Part shown: positions 16,393 through 26,419 of the stretch, one piece after another
How the letters are laid out: every line of letters starts with the position of its first letter
Position numbering within the stretch: position 1 is the stretch's first letter
DNA from: Vibrio cholerae ATCC 14035
GTDB taxonomy: Bacteria; Pseudomonadota; Gammaproteobacteria; Enterobacterales; Vibrionaceae
Assembly (NCBI RefSeq): GCF_000621645.1
Contig: NZ_JHXR01000001.1
Span: forward strand, 90,001 to 122,000
Length of the DNA: 32,000 nt
Direction of reading: 5' to 3'
Translations under genes and position numbers: made by a program
The notes under the pieces: model-generated
Told to the model about the DNA's origin: nothing
What the model saw: the letters and a program-made list of their open reading frames with translations, nothing else
Database searches by the model: none

Positions 16393-16450
16393 CATCGCTA
16401 CGGCGCAGCCTTGATGTTCCGATTAACCCTTCAGTGACAGCCAGAAATTT

Positions 16451-18544
16451 ATGAAATTTACACTGCCATTTGCGGACAAATTGCCTTCAATTCCACAGCG
16501 TAGCATGCCTGCGATCGGTGCTCCGGTCATGGTATTGGCCGCATTGGCGATGGTTGTCCTCCCAATGCCAGCCTTTCTGCTCGACTTGTTCTTCACTTTC
16601 AACATCGCTCTGTCGTTAGTGGTGCTTCTAGTCACCGTCTATACCCGTAGGCCATTAGATTTTGCGGCGTTTCCAACGGTACTGCTGATCGCGACCTTGC
16701 TACGCTTGGCACTGAACGTTGCGTCAACGCGAGTCGTTTTGCTGTACGGTCATGAAGGTCCAGGTGCGGCGGGTAACGTTATCGAAGCGTTTGGTAACGT
16801 GGTGATTGGTGGGAATTACGCGGTCGGTTTGGTGGTGTTCCTTATCCTGATGATCATCAACTTTATGGTGGTAACCAAAGGTGCGGGACGAATTTCCGAA
16901 GTTAGTGCCCGCTTTACCTTAGATGCCTTGCCCGGCAAGCAGATGGCGATTGATGCTGACTTAAACGCGGGCTTGATTGACCAAGAACAAGCACGTGTGC
17001 GCCGTTTTGAAGTCACCAAAGAAGCGGACTTCTACGGTTCGATGGATGGTGCGTCAAAATTTGTAAAGGGTGATGCGATCGCCGGTATTTTGATTCTTTT
17101 TATCAACATCATCGGTGGCCTGAGTATCGGAATGATCCAGTATGATTTGGGTTTCAAAGAAGCGATCGAAATCTACACCCTGTTGACCATCGGTGATGGC
17201 TTAGTTGCTCAAATTCCATCACTGCTCTTATCGATTGGCGCTGCGATTATGGTTACGCGTCAAAATACCGATGAGGACATGGGACAGCAGGTTATCTTCC
17301 AACTGTTTGATAACCCGAAAGCTCTCACCATTACCGCAGGTATCCTGTTTGTTATGGGGATTGTCCCCGGGATGCCACATTTTGCCTTCCTGTTTTTAGC
17401 GCTACTGGCCAGTGGTGCGGCGTATTGGCTGCACCGTAAACAGAAAACCAAAGCGGAGAATAAAAATCTGCCCGCCAAGAGCGATGTGGAAACCCCGACC
17501 CAACGTGAACTGTCATGGGATGATGTACAGCCGGTTGACGTGATTGGTTTGGAAGTGGGTTATCGCTTGATCCCCTTGGTGGATAAAGATCAAGGTGGCG
17601 AGCTGCTTGAACGCGTTAAAGGGGTGCGTAAAAAACTGTCGCAGGACTTTGGTTTCCTTATTCCACCGGTACATATTCGTGACAACCTAGAATTAACGCC
17701 CAATAGTTACCGCATCACCTTGATGGGCGTAGCCGTGGGTGAAGCAGAAATTCGGCCAGATCAAGAGTTGGCGATTAACCCGGGACAAGTGTACGGCATG
17801 ATTGATGGTGAGCGCACTCGCGACCCGGCTTTTGGTCTGGATGCAGTGTGGATACGGGAAGATCAGCGTGAGCATGCGCAGGCTTTGGGCTATACCGTGG
17901 TCGATTCTTCCACTGTGCTCGCCACTCATCTTAGTCAACTGCTCACCAACAATGCGGCACAGCTGATTGGCCATGAAGAAGTTCAGAATCTGCTGGAAAT
18001 GCTCTCGCGCTCCGCGCCCAAACTGGTGGAAAACTTTGTACCAGATCAGCTTTCGCTGGGGGTCGTGGTCAAAGTTCTACAGAATTTGCTGCATGAAGCG
18101 ATCCCGATCCGCGATATTCGCACCATAGTGCAAACCCTTTCGGAATACGCGAGTAAGAGTCAAGAACCCGACATTTTAACTGCAGCGGTGCGCATCTCAC
18201 TCAAACGACTTATTGTCCAAGAAATCAATGGGGTAGAGCCTGAATTGCCTGTAATTACCTTAATTCCGGAGCTGGAACAAATTTTGCATCAAACTATGCA
18301 AGCTTCGGGTGGTGAATCAGCAGGTATTGAGCCGGGACTGGCGGAAAGACTGCAAATGGCGCTAAGCCACGCCACTCAAGAGCAGGAGTTGAAAGGGGAA
18401 CCCGCAGTATTGCTGACATCTGGCGTATTGCGTTCAACGCTAGCGAAGTTTGTGAAAAACACCATTCCCAACCTTCGCGTGCTCTCCTATCAGGAGATCC
18501 CCGATGAGAAACAAATTCGAATTGTGCAGGCCGTGGGTAATTAA
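16451..18544 (+). CDS. flhA: Flagellar type III export apparatus protein FlhA
   Basis: 697 aa of the FHIPEP family (RISEVSARFTLDALPGKQMAIDADL, GDGLVAQIPSLLLS), with N-terminal TM helices and a cytoplasmic C-terminal domain. Confidence 0.96.
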   Translation: MKFTLPFADKLPSIPQRSMPAIGAPVMVLAALAMVVLPMPAFLLDLFFTFNIALSLVVLLVTVYTRRPLDFAAFPTVLLIATLLRLALNVASTRVVLLYGHEGPGAAGNVIEAFGNVVIGGNYAVGLVVFLILMIINFMVVTKGAGRISEVSARFTLDALPGKQMAIDADLNAGLIDQEQARVRRFEVTKEADFYGSMDGASKFVKGDAIAGILILFINIIGGLSIGMIQYDLGFKEAIEIYTLLTIGDGLVAQIPSLLLSIGAAIMVTRQNTDEDMGQQVIFQLFDNPKALTITAGILFVMGIVPGMPHFAFLFLALLASGAAYWLHRKQKTKAENKNLPAKSDVETPTQRELSWDDVQPVDVIGLEVGYRLIPLVDKDQGGELLERVKGVRKKLSQDFGFLIPPVHIRDNLELTPNSYRITLMGVAVGEAEIRPDQELAINPGQVYGMIDGERTRDPAFGLDAVWIREDQREHAQALGYTVVDSSTVLATHLSQLLTNNAAQLIGHEEVQNLLEMLSRSAPKLVENFVPDQLSLGVVVKVLQNLLHEAIPIRDIRTIVQTLSEYASKSQEPDILTAAVRISLKRLIVQEINGVEPELPVITLIPELEQILHQTMQASGGESAGIEPGLAERLQMALSHATQEQELKGEPAVLLTSGVLRSTLAKFVKNTIPNLRVLSYQEIPDEKQIRIVQAVGN

Positions 18545-18578
18545 TCGTCCGCACGTTTTTTAAAGACGGAAATCTGCT

Positions 18579-20066
18579 TTGAAAATAAAACGATTTTTTG
18601 CCAAGGATATGAAAACTGCGCTGCTTCAGGTCAAAGAAGAGCTGGGCGTGGATGCTGTGATCATGTCGAATAAAAAAGTCGCGGGTGGGGTCGAAATTGT
18701 GGCAGCGGTTGATGGCGATACTGCGCCCGCACCAGCCAAGCGTTACAACTCGCAGCCTAGACATGGTTATAACCAAGTCTCACCCTCGGTCGCTCCGACC
18801 AAGAGCAGAGAGCTGGCGGATGACCGTGTCAGTTTGCAATCGAGCGCCGACTCTGGCCGTTCTATGACTCAACGCTTTGCTAATATGCTCAAGCAATACA
18901 GCTCGGCAGATGAGCAAGAGCATCGTGCGGAAAACGAAGATTCGCTCTCTGCGCTGCTCAAGCGCCAGTCAGAAAATCGTGCGCCACAACGTAATCAGAC
19001 ACAACGTAGTCAGAGTAGTTCAGAGCGTCAACGTCCTGACTCTCCGCTCGGTAAGTTGCTGCAAGAAGATGCCGATGCACGCCGTAAGCCTAGACTCGAT
19101 CCGACTCGTTATGATCGAAAAGTGCCTGAAGAGCCGATGGTCGCCGTCAGTGAATTAGAATCGATGCGTGAAGAGATGACCTCGATTCGCCGTTTGCTTG
19201 AGCATCAAGTTTCCGGATTAATGTGGCAAGAAGTCGAGCGTCGTGAGCCTCTGCGTGCCATGTTGATCAAACGCTTAGAGCGCATGGGTGTCTCTTTGGA
19301 AATGGCGGACCAATTGGCTTGCTATATCCCAGAGGAAACGCCTCCTCCCAAAGCATGGAAAGCATTGTTAGGTTTAGTCTCCGACCAAATTCCAGTCGTC
19401 AAACACGACATCCTAAAGCGTGGTGGCGTGGTTGCCTTACTTGGGCCAACGGGGGTAGGGAAAACCACAACCGTGGCTAAATTGGCGGCTCGTGCAGCGA
19501 TGGAATACGGCTCTGACAACGTCGCATTGGTGACCACAGACACTTACCGTATTGGCGCCCATGAGCAATTGTCGATTTATGGCAGAATTATGGGATGTCC
19601 TGTAAGAGTTGCTAAAGATTCCAACGAGTTAGCCGATGTAATCTATCAGCTGCGTAATCGTCGCCTGATTTTAGTCGATACCGCAGGGATGGGACAACGC
19701 GATGTTCGGTTGTCAGAACAGCTGGATACCTTGATGCAAGAGAGCGGAGAGACTATCCATAGTTACCTTGTTTTGCCTGCGACCGCGCAGCGCAAAGTAT
19801 TACAAGAAACCATTGAGCATTTCAGAAGGATACCGCTTTCTGGATGCATTATGACCAAACTCGACGAATGTTTGAGCCTAGGCGAATTCGTCAGTGTGGT
19901 TGTACAAAATGCGTTGCCCGTCGCTTACATCGCGAATGGACAACGAGTGCCCGAAGATATCGTAATCGCGCAACCCAAATACATGGTCGCAAAGGCAAAC
20001 GAATTGCTAGAGAAGTCGACTGAAGATGAACCTCATTACTGGACCAGTGATTCAGAGAGATTCTAG
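18579..20066 (+). CDS. flhF: Flagellar biosynthesis SRP-type GTPase FlhF
   Basis: Begins MKIKRFFAKDMKTALLQVKEELG from a TTG start. Basic/Q-rich middle region. GTPase motifs LLGPTGVGKTTT, DTAGMGQRD and TKLDE. Confidence 0.93.
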   Translation: MKIKRFFAKDMKTALLQVKEELGVDAVIMSNKKVAGGVEIVAAVDGDTAPAPAKRYNSQPRHGYNQVSPSVAPTKSRELADDRVSLQSSADSGRSMTQRFANMLKQYSSADEQEHRAENEDSLSALLKRQSENRAPQRNQTQRSQSSSERQRPDSPLGKLLQEDADARRKPRLDPTRYDRKVPEEPMVAVSELESMREEMTSIRRLLEHQVSGLMWQEVERREPLRAMLIKRLERMGVSLEMADQLACYIPEETPPPKAWKALLGLVSDQIPVVKHDILKRGGVVALLGPTGVGKTTTVAKLAARAAMEYGSDNVALVTTDTYRIGAHEQLSIYGRIMGCPVRVAKDSNELADVIYQLRNRRLILVDTAGMGQRDVRLSEQLDTLMQESGETIHSYLVLPATAQRKVLQETIEHFRRIPLSGCIMTKLDECLSLGEFVSVVVQNALPVAYIANGQRVPEDIVIAQPKYMVAKANELLEKSTEDEPHYWTSDSERF

Positions 20067-20079
20067 GCGGCGGACAGGT

Positions 20080-20967
20080 ATGACAAACAAAATGATATAT
20101 GACCAAGCAAGCGGCCTACGTCGCTTAACCCAACCGTCAGTGACCAAAGTAATTTCGGTCACTGGGGGTAAAGGTGGTGTAGGGAAATCGAATGTCACCT
20201 TAGGCATGGCTATCTGTATGGCAAAACAGGGCAAAAAAGTCATGGTACTTGACGCCGACTTGGGCCTCGCTAATGTTGACGTAATGCTCGGCATTCGCCC
20301 TAAACGTAACCTAGGCCATGTTTTAGCCGGAGAGTGCGAGCTCAAAGATGCTATTGTGGAAGGCCCACATGGTATTCGCATCATTCCCGCTACGTCCGGA
20401 ACGCAATCCATGACCGAGCTCTCTCATGCTCAGCACGTGGGACTGATTCGTGCATTTGGCACGTTAGAAGATGAGATGGATATTTTGCTCATCGACACCG
20501 CGGCAGGTATCTCAGATATGGTGGTGAGCTTCTCACGCGCAGCGCAAGATGTAGTGGTTGTGGTGTGTGATGAACCGACCTCAATCACGGATGCGTATGC
20601 CCTGATCAAGCTACTGAGCAAAGAACATCAAGTTCAACGATTTAAAATTGTTGCTAATATGGTGAGAAGTTATCGTGAAGGCCGTGAATTATTTGCTAAA
20701 TTAACATTAGTGACAGAACGGTTTTTAAATGTGAGCTTAGAACTTGTCGCCTGCATCCCACTCGACGACAATGTACGCCAAGCGGTGAAGCGACAAAAAA
20801 TCGTGGTGGATGCGTATCCACGCTCACCAGCCGCATTGGCGATAAGCTCATTGGCAAACAAAGCGTTGACTTGGCCGATACCGAGAACACCAAGTGGACA
20901 TTTGGAGTTTTTCGTTGAACGCTTACTTAATCGGTCAGAAACAGTAGGGGAACCTTTCGGTGAATAA
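20080..20967 (+). CDS. flhG: MinD/ParA-type ATPase FlhG (FleN), flagellar number regulator
   Basis: From ATG 20080 the protein is 295 aa (MTNKMIYDQASGLRRL...) with deviant Walker A GGKGGVGKS. It follows flhF and overlaps the fliA start. The ORF-track start at 20026 lies inside flhF. Confidence 0.9.
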   Translation: MTNKMIYDQASGLRRLTQPSVTKVISVTGGKGGVGKSNVTLGMAICMAKQGKKVMVLDADLGLANVDVMLGIRPKRNLGHVLAGECELKDAIVEGPHGIRIIPATSGTQSMTELSHAQHVGLIRAFGTLEDEMDILLIDTAAGISDMVVSFSRAAQDVVVVVCDEPTSITDAYALIKLLSKEHQVQRFKIVANMVRSYREGRELFAKLTLVTERFLNVSLELVACIPLDDNVRQAVKRQKIVVDAYPRSPAALAISSLANKALTWPIPRTPSGHLEFFVERLLNRSETVGEPFGE

Positions 20968-21694
20968 AGCGCTTACATACGATCAATACGGAAATCTTAA
21001 TAGCCAGCAGCTATTTCTTGAGAAGTACTCTGTATTGGTTAAGCGTATCGCTCATCATTTGATTGGTCGTCTTCCGCCCAGTGTTCTGATCGAAGACCTC
21101 ATTCAAGCTGGCATGGTTGGTTTGCTTGAGGCACAAAAAAATTATGATGGAAGTAAAGGCGCGAGCTTTGAAACCTATGCCGGAATTCGGATTCGTGGGG
21201 CTATGCTCGACGATATCCGACGTGGTGACTGGGTTCCGCGATCTGTGCACAAACATAATCGGGAAATCAGTCAAGCGATTGCAGTGCTCGAGGGAGAACT
21301 CAATCGCGATCCAACGGATGCTGAAGTGGCGAAGTTTTTAAACATGTCACTAGAGCAGTATCACAGCGTGCTGATGGACATTAACTGTTCACGTATTGTT
21401 GGGATAGAGGATCTCGGTGTTTCTGACGACGCGATTTCACCGTTTGAAGAGGGGGAAGATAACTCGCCTTTTCACGGTGTCGCTGAAGAATCTTTCCGTA
21501 AAGCACTCGTTGAATCAATAAAATCGCTCCCGGAGCGTGAAGCTTTGGTACTTTCGCTCTATTATGATGAAGAGCTAAACTTAAAAGAAATTGGTGAGGT
21601 ACTTGGAGTTAGTGAATCTCGCGTCAGCCAGATACTCAGCCAATCTATGCAGCGGCTAAGAACAAAGTTAAGTTCTTGGACTCGGAATGACTAA
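20960..21694 (+). CDS. fliA: Flagellar sigma factor FliA (sigma28)
   Basis: 244 aa with sigma70 region 2 (DLIQAGMVGLLEA) and region 4 HTH (LKEIGEVLGVSESRVSQI). The GTG start overlaps the flhG stop (GGTGAATAA). Confidence 0.93.
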   Translation: MNKALTYDQYGNLNSQQLFLEKYSVLVKRIAHHLIGRLPPSVLIEDLIQAGMVGLLEAQKNYDGSKGASFETYAGIRIRGAMLDDIRRGDWVPRSVHKHNREISQAIAVLEGELNRDPTDAEVAKFLNMSLEQYHSVLMDINCSRIVGIEDLGVSDDAISPFEEGEDNSPFHGVAEESFRKALVESIKSLPEREALVLSLYYDEELNLKEIGEVLGVSESRVSQILSQSMQRLRTKLSSWTRND

Positions 21695-21715
21695 ATATCA
21701 CTGATCTCAAACTCA

Positions 21716-22108
21716 GTGGAGGCAATTTTGAATAAAAACATGAAGATCCTTATTGTTGATGACTTTTCAACAATGCGCCGAATCGTTAAAAACCTACTTC
21801 GAGATCTGGGGTTCAATAACACGCAGGAAGCGGACGATGGCCTAACGGCATTGCCTATGCTCAAGAAAGGTGATTTTGACTTTGTAGTCACAGACTGGAA
21901 TATGCCCGGTATGCAAGGTATTGACTTGCTTAAAAATATCCGTGCCGACGAAGAACTGAAGCACCTGCCTGTACTAATGATCACAGCAGAAGCCAAACGT
22001 GAGCAAATCATCGAAGCCGCTCAAGCAGGCGTGAATGGTTACATCGTAAAACCATTTACCGCTGCTACGCTTAAAGAAAAATTAGACAAAATTTTTGAGC
22101 GTTTATAA
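21716..22108 (+). CDS. cheY: Chemotaxis response regulator CheY
   Basis: Near-collinear with E. coli CheY ([52 protein letters not shown]). The start is uncertain: either GTG 21716, or TTG 21728, which follows GGAGG (21718-21722). Confidence 0.93.
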   Translation: MEAILNKNMKILIVDDFSTMRRIVKNLLRDLGFNNTQEADDGLTALPMLKKGDFDFVVTDWNMPGMQGIDLLKNIRADEELKHLPVLMITAEAKREQIIEAAQAGVNGYIVKPFTAATLKEKLDKIFERL

Positions 22109-22163
22109 GGCTTTTGCTGCGGCAAAAGGTGCTCTATTCACACGCGCAAAAGGCTGATTCAGG

Positions 22164-22883
22164 ATGATTTCATTAGAACAGGCTAAAGAACTCGTGCAAC
22201 TTTTGGAACAAGGACGTCAAGACGACGCTAATCGCCTTTTCACCTATGTCTACGAGTCTGCCAATAACCCTATGTTTAAAGAGATAGGGATGCTGACGCG
22301 AGACTTACACGAAGCGCTGAAAAACTTTCAGATTGATGAGCGCTTCAGTGAAATCGCGACGGATGAAATTCCAGACGCACGGGAAAGACTGCATTACGTT
22401 ATACAGAAAACGGAAGTCGCAGCGAACAAAACCATGGATGCAGTGGATCGGTGTATGCCGATAGCCGACAAACTACATGAAAGCTTGCTGCTGATTCGCC
22501 CTGAATGGAATGGCTTGATGAATGGTCGGATTGAACTGATGCACTTCAAGTCACTATGCCACCGGATTGATGACTTGCTCTCGCAAGTAGAAGGCGACAG
22601 CAGTGAATTGCGTGGTGAATTGACTGAGATCCTGATGGCTCAAGACTTTCAAGACCTGACAGGACAAATCATCAAACGTGTGATTAATCTGGTCAATGAG
22701 GTTGAAAAACGTTTAGTCGAAATACTGACGGTTTTTGGCGCAGCGCAAAAAGAACAAAAAGCAGACAAGGCGACAGTGGCATCAATAGAACCAGAGGGGC
22801 CGATTCTCAATCCTCATGAACGAATTGATGCTGTCTCATCTCAAGACGAAGTTGACGATCTGTTATCGAGTCTTGGATTTTAG
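22164..22883 (+). CDS. cheZ: CheY-P phosphatase CheZ
   Basis: 239 aa. Catalytic-helix motif AQDFQDLTGQ and C-terminal CheY-binding peptide SSQDEVDDLLSSLGF. Confidence 0.93.
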   Translation: MISLEQAKELVQLLEQGRQDDANRLFTYVYESANNPMFKEIGMLTRDLHEALKNFQIDERFSEIATDEIPDARERLHYVIQKTEVAANKTMDAVDRCMPIADKLHESLLLIRPEWNGLMNGRIELMHFKSLCHRIDDLLSQVEGDSSELRGELTEILMAQDFQDLTGQIIKRVINLVNEVEKRLVEILTVFGAAQKEQKADKATVASIEPEGPILNPHERIDAVSSQDEVDDLLSSLGF

Positions 22884-22892
22884 GGGTAACGT

Positions 22893-25250
22893 ATGAGCTA
22901 CGAATTAGACGAAGACATCCTGCAGGACTTTCTGGTAGAAGCCGGCGAAATATTGGAGTTGCTTTCCGAGCAGCTCGTTGAACTGGAAAACAATCCAGAA
23001 GACCGAGATCTGTTGAACGCCATATTCCGTGGTTTTCATACCGTAAAAGGCGGTGCTGGTTTCTTGGCGTTATCCGAGCTAGTGGAGACCTGCCACGGTG
23101 CAGAAAACGTGTTCGACATTTTACGAAATGGTCAGCGACACGTTTCTCCTAGCTTGATGGATACCATGCTTAAAGCATTGGATACTGTTAATGAACAATT
23201 TCGTGCTGTACAAGAGCGTGAACCACTGCAACCTGCCGACCCTGAATTACTCGATGAATTGCACCGTTTAAGTAAGCCAGCCTCAGAAGACGAGGATGAG
23301 GCTGCAGAAGCGCACTTCGATGAGCCAGAAGAAGAACTGGTTGAAGAGATTATCGAAGAAGTCGTTGAAGACGTTGTTGAAGAGGCAGTGCCCAACGTCG
23401 AGACGGAGGTTACAGCAAGCGCATCCAGTGGTGTGATTGATAAAGGCTCTATTGACGATATCAACGAAGATGAGTTCGAAAAGTTGCTTGATGAACTGCA
23501 TGGTAAAGGCAAGGCTCCGGGAGCTCAGTCTCCGCAAGCTCCCGCTTCTGCGCCAGCGAAAGCCGCATCAGTAACCAATTCTGATCTCAACGGTGATATC
23601 ACGGACGATGAGTTTGAAAAGCTACTTGATCAACTGCATGGCAAAGGCAAAGGCCCATCGATTGAGACAGCAGCGCCTGCTGCTCCTGTAACACCATCGA
23701 CGCCTAAAGCGACTGAGACACCGAAACCTGCAGCTGCAAAATCAGCGCCCGGTGGCGATGACTTAATGACCGACGAAGAGTTTGAAAAACTACTGGATGA
23801 GCTACATGGTTCAGGCAAAGGCCCATCAGTAGAAGAGCTAGAGATGGCTACTCGTCCAGTGGCGTCTAGCCCTGTTTCTAGTGATGCGAAAGCTTCCGCC
23901 GAGGCGAGCGCGCCTTCTACTAAGCCAGCAGCGAAACCTGTTGCGAAGCCTGCAGCGGCAAAACCTGCTGTGGCTAAAGAGGAACCAGCAAAAGCTCCGG
24001 CTCCTGCTGCGGTGAAGGATTCTGATGAATCTCGCGAAGTGGCCGCTGCTGGTGGTGCTAAGAAAGCACAAACTGAATCTACTGTTCGGGTCGATACCTC
24101 AACACTTGATACCATCATGAACATGGTGGGTGAGTTGGTTCTGGTACGTAACCGACTCTTGAGCCTTGGCCTGAATAGTAATGACGAAGAGATGTCTAAA
24201 GCGGTGGCTAACCTAGATGTGGTTACTGCCGACTTGCAAGGCGCGGTGATGAAAACGCGTATGCAACCGATCAAAAAAGTGTTCGGGCGTTTCCCTCGCG
24301 TGGTTCGTGACTTGGCGCGTAGCTTAAATAAAGAAATTGACCTTGAGTTACGTGGTGAAGAAACCGATCTCGATAAAAACCTTGTTGAAGCGCTAGCCGA
24401 TCCTTTGATCCACTTGGTGCGTAACTCGGTTGACCATGGTATCGAAATGCCGGACGAGCGTGCTAAAAATGGCAAGTCTCGTACAGGTAAAGTGATTTTG
24501 TCTGCTTCACAAGAGGGAGATCACATACAGTTAGCTATCGTAGATGACGGTGCAGGTATGGATCCCGATAAGCTGCGTGGTATCGCCGTTAAACGGGGAA
24601 TAATGGATGAAGATGCCGCGAACCGACTTACCAATAAAGAATGCTTTAACCTCATTTTTATGCCTGGTTTTTCTAGTAAAGAGAAGATCACCGATATTTC
24701 AGGGCGTGGTGTGGGGATGGACGTAGTAAAAACCGCTATCAATACACTGAACGGCTCGATCGATATTGACTCTACCATGGGTAAAGGGACAAAGATCACC
24801 ATCAAAGTGCCTTTGACTCTGGCTATTCTTCCTACCTTGATGGTTGGCGTCGCGGGGCATCCGTTTGCACTGCCTCTGGCTAGTGTGAATGAGATTTTCC
24901 ATCTGGATTTACGTCGTACCAATGTGGTTGATGGTCAGTTGACTATCATAGTGCGCGAAAAATCAATTCCCTTGTTCTACTTACAAAACTGGTTAGCACC
25001 GAAGAAAGGCAAAGTACAGCTTCGCCAAGGTCATGGCCATGTGGTGATTGTACAAATCGGCAGTCAGCGCGTAGGTCTGGTTGTGGATACCTTAATTGGT
25101 CAAGAAGAAGTGGTGATTAAGCCACTGGATAAATTGCTACAGGGCACCCCAGGTATGTCTGGTGCGACTATCACTAGCGATGGTCATATTGCTCTGATTT
25201 TGGATGTGCCGGATCTGCTCAAGCAGTATGCAGCTGCTTCTCGCGTCTGA
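22893..25250 (+). CDS. cheA: Chemotaxis histidine kinase CheA with a long low-complexity P1-P3 linker carrying repeated EFEKLLDxLHG motifs
   Basis: 785 aa:
- P1 Hpt with HTVKGGAG.
- P3 ([19 protein letters not shown]).
- P4 N-box [11 protein letters not shown]1 DDGAGM, G2 GRGVGMD.
- P5 CheW-like C-terminus.
- SD AGGGG upstream of the start. Confidence 0.95.
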   Translation: MSYELDEDILQDFLVEAGEILELLSEQLVELENNPEDRDLLNAIFRGFHTVKGGAGFLALSELVETCHGAENVFDILRNGQRHVSPSLMDTMLKALDTVNEQFRAVQEREPLQPADPELLDELHRLSKPASEDEDEAAEAHFDEPEEELVEEIIEEVVEDVVEEAVPNVETEVTASASSGVIDKGSIDDINEDEFEKLLDELHGKGKAPGAQSPQAPASAPAKAASVTNSDLNGDITDDEFEKLLDQLHGKGKGPSIETAAPAAPVTPSTPKATETPKPAAAKSAPGGDDLMTDEEFEKLLDELHGSGKGPSVEELEMATRPVASSPVSSDAKASAEASAPSTKPAAKPVAKPAAAKPAVAKEEPAKAPAPAAVKDSDESREVAAAGGAKKAQTESTVRVDTSTLDTIMNMVGELVLVRNRLLSLGLNSNDEEMSKAVANLDVVTADLQGAVMKTRMQPIKKVFGRFPRVVRDLARSLNKEIDLELRGEETDLDKNLVEALADPLIHLVRNSVDHGIEMPDERAKNGKSRTGKVILSASQEGDHIQLAIVDDGAGMDPDKLRGIAVKRGIMDEDAANRLTNKECFNLIFMPGFSSKEKITDISGRGVGMDVVKTAINTLNGSIDIDSTMGKGTKITIKVPLTLAILPTLMVGVAGHPFALPLASVNEIFHLDLRRTNVVDGQLTIIVREKSIPLFYLQNWLAPKKGKVQLRQGHGHVVIVQIGSQRVGLVVDTLIGQEEVVIKPLDKLLQGTPGMSGATITSDGHIALILDVPDLLKQYAAASRV
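23455..23829 (+). repeat. Three in-frame ~69-75-nt repeats within cheA, encoding D(D/E)EFEKLLD(E/Q)LHG(K/S)GK(A/G)P
   Basis: The repeats lie at 23455-23523, 23592-23660 and 23754-23829, separated by Pro/Ala-rich spacers. A degenerate fourth copy ([11 protein letters not shown]) lies at 23238-23270. Confidence 0.85.
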
Positions 25251-25276
25251 TTAGCTGCACAACGATAAGGATAAAC

Positions 25277-26410
25277 ATGGCGATTAAAGTATTAGTTGTT
25301 GATGATTCGAGTTTTTTCCGTCGTCGCGTGAGTGAAATCATCAACTCCGAATCGCGCTTAGAAGTCATTGATGTTGCTGTAAATGGGAAAGAGGCCGTAG
25401 AAAAGGCCGCTCGACTCAAGCCAGATGTGATCACTATGGATATAGAAATGCCCGTCATGGACGGTATTTCCGCTGTCCGAGAAATCATGGCAAACAATCC
25501 CGTGCCCATTTTGATGTTCTCTTCATTGACCCATGATGGCGCAAAAGCCACATTGGATGCACTGGATGCTGGCGCGTTAGACTTTTTACCTAAGAAGTTT
25601 GAAGATATCGCGCGCAACCGGGATGAAGCCGTCACACTGTTACAGCAGCGTGTGCTTTCTATTGCATCGAAAAAGATGTTTCTACGTCGCCCTGCAGCTC
25701 CACGCCCTGCGCCTACAACATCAATAGCAGCGAGTTCGTCACTCAGCCAAGAACGAGCGGCAGCTACCTCACCTTTGGGAAACCGACCCTCGACGGCGGT
25801 TTCAGCAGCCACTCGTTTTAAAGCTTCGGGTAAAAAATACCAGTTGACCGCAATAGGAACCTCAACAGGTGGACCTGTAGCCTTGCAAAAAATATTAACT
25901 AAGCTCCCCGTAAATTATCCACACCCCATAGTGTTGATTCAGCATATGCCAGCAACATTTACGGCTGCTTTTGCTAGCCGTCTCAATTCGCTATGCAAAA
26001 TTGAAGTTAAAGAAGCGGAAGATGGAGATATGCTGCGTCCGGGTGTTGCTTATTTAGCACCGGGTGGTAAGCAGATGATGCTGGATGGTCGACCCGGTGC
26101 GGCTCGCCTACGTATTATCGATGGTGGCGACCGCATGAACTATAAACCGTGTGTGGATGTTACTTTTGGCTCCGCAGCGAAAATCTTTGGTGACAAAGTA
26201 CTGTCCATGATTTTGACCGGAATGGGTGCGGATGGACGTGAAGGTGCACGGATGCTGAAACAAGCAGGAGCCACCATTTGGGCACAAGATGAAGAAAGTT
26301 GTGTCGTGTATGGCATGCCACAAGCTGTCGCTAAAGCAGGAATTTCAACGGAAGATCTACCGCTGGAGAGAATCGCAGAGCGTATGTTGGTAGAAGTCGG
26401 GCTCGCCTAA
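25277..26410 (+). CDS. cheB: Chemotaxis methylesterase/deamidase CheB (REC plus CheB catalytic domain)
   Basis: 377 aa. Receiver domain (VLVVDDS, DIEMP). Long Pro/Ala/Ser linker. Catalytic residues in GTSTGGP, IQHMP and GMGADG. Confidence 0.94.
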   Translation: MAIKVLVVDDSSFFRRRVSEIINSESRLEVIDVAVNGKEAVEKAARLKPDVITMDIEMPVMDGISAVREIMANNPVPILMFSSLTHDGAKATLDALDAGALDFLPKKFEDIARNRDEAVTLLQQRVLSIASKKMFLRRPAAPRPAPTTSIAASSSLSQERAAATSPLGNRPSTAVSAATRFKASGKKYQLTAIGTSTGGPVALQKILTKLPVNYPHPIVLIQHMPATFTAAFASRLNSLCKIEVKEAEDGDMLRPGVAYLAPGGKQMMLDGRPGAARLRIIDGGDRMNYKPCVDVTFGSAAKIFGDKVLSMILTGMGADGREGARMLKQAGATIWAQDEESCVVYGMPQAVAKAGISTEDLPLERIAERMLVEVGLA

Positions 26411-26419
26411 GGAACCTCA

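Noticed and set aside
18294-18776. 160-aa minus-strand ORF spanning the flhA/flhF junction.
   Set aside because: It overlaps two strongly supported plus-strand genes and has no homology-like motifs. The tight flhA-flhF spacing leaves no room for a real antisense gene.
23132-24475. Long minus-strand ORFs (126 aa, 84 aa, 281 aa and 77 aa) antisense to cheA.
   Set aside because: They lie opposite the GAA/GCN-rich low-complexity linker of cheA. Their products are Ser/Ala/Arg-rich low-complexity strings without starts backed by an SD. They are a typical antisense artefact of a strongly supported gene.
25219-25812. 197-aa minus-strand ORF antisense to the 5' half of cheB.
   Set aside because: It fully overlaps the well-supported CheB receiver and linker coding region. 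The product has no recognisable motif, and its composition (Ala/Ser/Arg rich) mirrors the sense-strand codons.
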